Shown here: piece by piece, positions 34,718 through 37,591 of the stretch
Layout: every line of letters begins with the position of its first letter
How positions within the stretch are numbered: the stretch's first letter is position 1
Program-made: the position numbers and the translations under genes
Notes under the pieces: generated by a model
Told to the model about the DNA's origin: nothing
Databases searched by the model: none
The model's input: the letters and a program-made list of their open reading frames with translations, nothing else
Assembly (NCBI GenBank): GCA_048881705.1
Contig: JBHLSH010000034.1
Span: forward strand, 1 to 37,591
Source: Candidatus Heimdallarchaeota archaeon
GTDB lineage: Archaea > Asgardarchaeota > Heimdallarchaeia > Hodarchaeales > Hodarchaeaceae
Length of the DNA stretch: 37,591 nt
Direction: 5' to 3'

Positions 34718-35866
34718 TTGCAAATCTTAGACTCTTCTTCAAAAAAGGTTCAGGGGCATTTGGCATATCGCCGTAACCCAATCGAATTTGAATCTCCCGA
34801 AGAGTTTGGTTATGAGAGGATACGCTATAATCTTGCAGAAAGTTCTGTTCCAGATTTTGTATTGGGAAGGTTGGGACTAGATTTGGATAAGCTGGTACTA
34901 AGATATATAGATCATATGGGTAATCCTCGACTCAGAAATCTGATTGCGGAAGATTCTATTTCCTTTGATCAGGTAATGATAACCACAGGAGCTGCTGGAG
35001 CATTATTTATTGTCGCAACTTCTCTTCTTAGACCAGACGATCACGTGGTTCTCCTACATCCGAATTATGCGGCCAATCTCGAAACTCCGCGGGCAATAGG
35101 CTGTCAAATAGGTTATTTAAAACTATCAATGGAAAATCAATTCAGGCTAGAAGTGGCTGAGCTGGAACAGTTGATTAAGCCCAACACCCGCCTTATAAGT
35201 CTCACCTACCCGCAGAATCCGACCGGAACTTTGCTAACTGAGACTGAATTGGAAGAGATAGTTGACCTCGTTGAATCTCAGAGTTGTTATTTACTTTTGG
35301 ATGAAACATATAGGGAAATGACACCAGGTAAACCTCTTCCAGTTGCAGCATCTTTGAGCAAAAACGTTATCAGTGTTTCATCATTTTCCAAGGCGTATGG
35401 TCTCCCAGGAATTCGACTCGGGTGGTTGATAAGTCAAAACGAAATCTTAATGCATAATTTCCTCGCCGCAAAGGAACTCATTTACATCTGTAATTCAATT
35501 GTAGATGAAGAGATCGCGGCACACTTCCTCAGCAGAAAAGAAGAATTTCTATCGGGAATTCAATCACATGTAAAGAAGAACTTTGGGATCCTAAGCAACT
35601 GGATGGCCAAGAATCGGTATATGGAGTGGATAAAACCAGCAGGTGGGGTCATTGCTCTGCCCCGAGTCAAACCTCAGATCAATTTGGATCTTGAACAGTT
35701 TTATGAAACTTTGAAGATGAAATATCATACTTTCGTGGCTCCAGGATATTGGTTTGAATTGGACAAGCGCTTTATGCGAATTGGATACGGATATCCAGAT
35801 AGTGAACAACTTGCCGGAGGTTTAAACTGCATTACTCAGGCCATTGAAGATTCTTTGCTGGCATAA
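34718..35866 (+). CDS. PLP-dependent aminotransferase class I/II
   Basis: TTGAAGAL, PQNPTG, LDETY and SFSKAYGLPGIRLGW (PLP lysine). The true start may be TTG 34760. Confidence 0.92.
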   Translation: MQILDSSSKKVQGHLAYRRNPIEFESPEEFGYERIRYNLAESSVPDFVLGRLGLDLDKLVLRYIDHMGNPRLRNLIAEDSISFDQVMITTGAAGALFIVATSLLRPDDHVVLLHPNYAANLETPRAIGCQIGYLKLSMENQFRLEVAELEQLIKPNTRLISLTYPQNPTGTLLTETELEEIVDLVESQSCYLLLDETYREMTPGKPLPVAASLSKNVISVSSFSKAYGLPGIRLGWLISQNEILMHNFLAAKELIYICNSIVDEEIAAHFLSRKEEFLSGIQSHVKKNFGILSNWMAKNRYMEWIKPAGGVIALPRVKPQINLDLEQFYETLKMKYHTFVAPGYWFELDKRFMRIGYGYPDSEQLAGGLNCITQAIEDSLLA

Positions 35867-35941
35867 ATATTGAATCCTAATGATAGGTTTTTCACTCAAT
35901 TTCCAATTCTTATTGTCTCATGTAGGAGATGAAAGTAATCA

Positions 35942-36916
35942 TTGACCAATATAATCGAAACCAGAGCCCTCACTAAGATTTTTCCTCCCAATATAGTAGC
36001 AGTTAACCAACTCTCTTTTACAATTAAAGAAGGAACGATTTTTAGTTTTCTCGGTCCGAATGGAGCAGGAAAAACCACTACAGTCAGGTTACTAGCCACG
36101 CTGTTGATTCCTACTAGTGGCTATGCTAGTGTCTTAGGGAAAGACATCACAGATAAGGTTAACTCCCTAGAATTAAGAAAAAACATCGGGATTCTTACTG
36201 ATCGTCCGAATCTTTATTTACGGTTAACCGCAAGAAGAAATCTCTTTTTTTTCGCAAAAATGTATGGATTAGCGCATGAAGAAGCCAGAAGGCGCATTGA
36301 AGAACTGGCTAGACAGTTCAATTTAATTGAAAGGCTAGATTCGCCTACGGGAACCTATAGCAAGGGGATGAAGCAGAAATTAGGGATTTTAAGAGCGATG
36401 ATTCATTCTCCACCATTATTATTCTTGGATGAGCCAACAGCAGGCTTAGATCCTATTGCCCAAACAAATGTAAGAGAAACGATTGAAATGGCAGCCGTGG
36501 AATTTGACACAACGGTTTTCATGACAACTCACAATTTGCCAGAAGCGGAAAGACTGGCAGATAGCATCGGCATAATCACGAATGGCAAGCTCATAACTAC
36601 TGGTAGTACCAAAGACCTTCAGTCACAAGTGTCAAAATCCAACCAGATCATGATCAGAACCACTAAAGAATTGCTGCAGTTATCTCCCAGCATTAAGAAA
36701 ATCGATGGCGTGCTATCATTCGAATTTCAGGAAGATAACACAACACTAAATGCAACAGTCTCTGATATGAAGGAGATTACTCCCATTATCGTAAAAACCC
36801 TCGTAGATAATGGAATTTCCATTCTAGAAGTTCGACCAATAACCAAATCCTTGGAGGACATTTATCGGCAAATAATGGATTTTAGCGGACCGGGATTGAA
36901 AGAAAATGCAGCCTGA
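35942..36916 (+). CDS. ABC-2 type ATP-binding protein (DrrA-like with C-terminal extension)
   Basis: GPNGAGKTT, YSKGMKQK, FLDEPTAGLDP and TTHNL. Confidence 0.93.
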   Translation: MTNIIETRALTKIFPPNIVAVNQLSFTIKEGTIFSFLGPNGAGKTTTVRLLATLLIPTSGYASVLGKDITDKVNSLELRKNIGILTDRPNLYLRLTARRNLFFFAKMYGLAHEEARRRIEELARQFNLIERLDSPTGTYSKGMKQKLGILRAMIHSPPLLFLDEPTAGLDPIAQTNVRETIEMAAVEFDTTVFMTTHNLPEAERLADSIGIITNGKLITTGSTKDLQSQVSKSNQIMIRTTKELLQLSPSIKKIDGVLSFEFQEDNTTLNATVSDMKEITPIIVKTLVDNGISILEVRPITKSLEDIYRQIMDFSGPGLKENAA

Positions 36917-37591
36917 ACGAATCTGGGAACTAATGAAGAAGGATTGGTCAGAAGCCTTTCGATCGAAGCAGATTTTACTGTCTATGACGGTATTACCTAC
37001 ATTCATGGCCCTAGGAGTCCCCATTATATTACTATTGTCCATCAGCTTTGCTACCAGCGGGAATACCGATCCTGAACTTGCACTATTATTGAACTTCCTC
37101 CCTCCTTTAACGCAGGATTGGGAATTTCTTACAGAACGAGCTAAATCATATGTACTGATGTCTGTTTTCGGTCTTATCTTCCTCCTTTTGGTTCCTGTCA
37201 TGATAACTAGCTTTGTCGGAACGGATGCTATTGTAGGTGAAAAGGAGCGTGATACAATAGAAGGCTTATTGGCATTACCTCTAACGGAGTCAGAAATCTT
37301 GGCTGCGAAAATTGGATCCAGTCTTATACCAGTATTAGTATTAACGTGGCTATTAAGTGGATTATATGCAATAATCGTTGATATTATCACGTTTCAGGAA
37401 TTGAATCGTCTATTACTTCCGGATCTCCGCTTTATTCTGGTCATCCTCCTTTTTACTCCTCTTCTTTCATTGGCAACTACTGAATTCATCGTTATGATTA
37501 GCTCTAGAGTTTCTTCGACCCGGGATGCTCAACAACTTACTGGGTTGTTCGTTTTACCAGTTATGTTATTGGTTGTTAGCCAACTATTTGT
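36906..37591 (+). CDS. ABC-2 type permease, 3'-truncated by the window edge; absent from the ORF track
   Basis: ATG 36906 overlaps the ATPase end. Translation MQPERIWELMKKDWSEAFRS…DAIVGEKERDTIEGLLALPLTESEILAAK… has the ABC-2 permease motif; frame open to the end. Confidence 0.9.
   Translation, partial: MQPERIWELMKKDWSEAFRSKQILLSMTVLPTFMALGVPIILLLSISFATSGNTDPELALLLNFLPPLTQDWEFLTERAKSYVLMSVFGLIFLLLVPVMITSFVGTDAIVGEKERDTIEGLLALPLTESEILAAKIGSSLIPVLVLTWLLSGLYAIIVDIITFQELNRLLLPDLRFILVILLFTPLLSLATTEFIVMISSRVSSTRDAQQLTGLFVLPVMLLVVSQLF

Noticed and set aside
32072-37390. Minus-strand track ORFs within the MTase, aminotransferase and ABC genes, including 36824-37390
   Set aside because: Antisense to motif-supported genes; 36824-37390 is the shadow of the real + strand permease.
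1-37591. CRISPR arrays, tRNA/rRNA genes, IS elements, prophage
   Set aside because: No regularly spaced repeats, cloverleaf structures, terminal inverted repeats or transposase/integrase motifs seen by eye; tRNAscan-SE and Infernal were not run.

Overview
Gene-dense archaeal DNA with no rRNA, tRNA, CRISPR array, transposase or integrase that I could recognise. The content points to an Asgard archaeon. This is an inference from the Rab-like and Arf/Sar1-like small GTPases, longin-like domains, a DENN-like protein, a TFB cyclin repeat, archaeal HemK2/AlaX-M/DUF504 genes and AGGTGA/GGAGG ribosome-binding sites; Heimdallarchaeia-like is plausible but unproven. Housekeeping and metabolic genes include a metallophosphoesterase, HemK-type methyltransferase, PPC/DUF296, RidA, TatD, RACo-type ASKHA ATPase, ICMT-family methyltransferase, two SDRs, AlaX-M, DinB, superoxide reductase, a PLP aminotransferase, three ABC systems and an orphan N6-adenine DNA methyltransferase. 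Three genes missing from the ORF track were read directly: a CdrS-like ribbon-helix-helix protein (1735-1902), a YHS/TRASH protein (19729-19893, minus) and a partial ABC-2 permease (36906-end). The best candidates for undescribed systems are: (i) a coupled three-gene operon of two small unknown proteins and a short zinc-hook Sph-type SMC-like protein with a degenerate Walker B; (ii) a cross-brace (FYVE/PHD-like) zinc finger plus apparently inactive Mrr-fold protein encoded just upstream of a non-canonical Rab-like GTPase; (iii) a dispersed set of trafficking-like modules (DENN-like protein, Sar1-motif GTPase-longin fusion, 969-aa longin-helical protein); (iv) a pore-less tandem RCK pair; and (v) a 7TM protein ending in a histidine-kinase H-box with no kinase domain. 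All family assignments are from motif reading by eye; no database searches were run.
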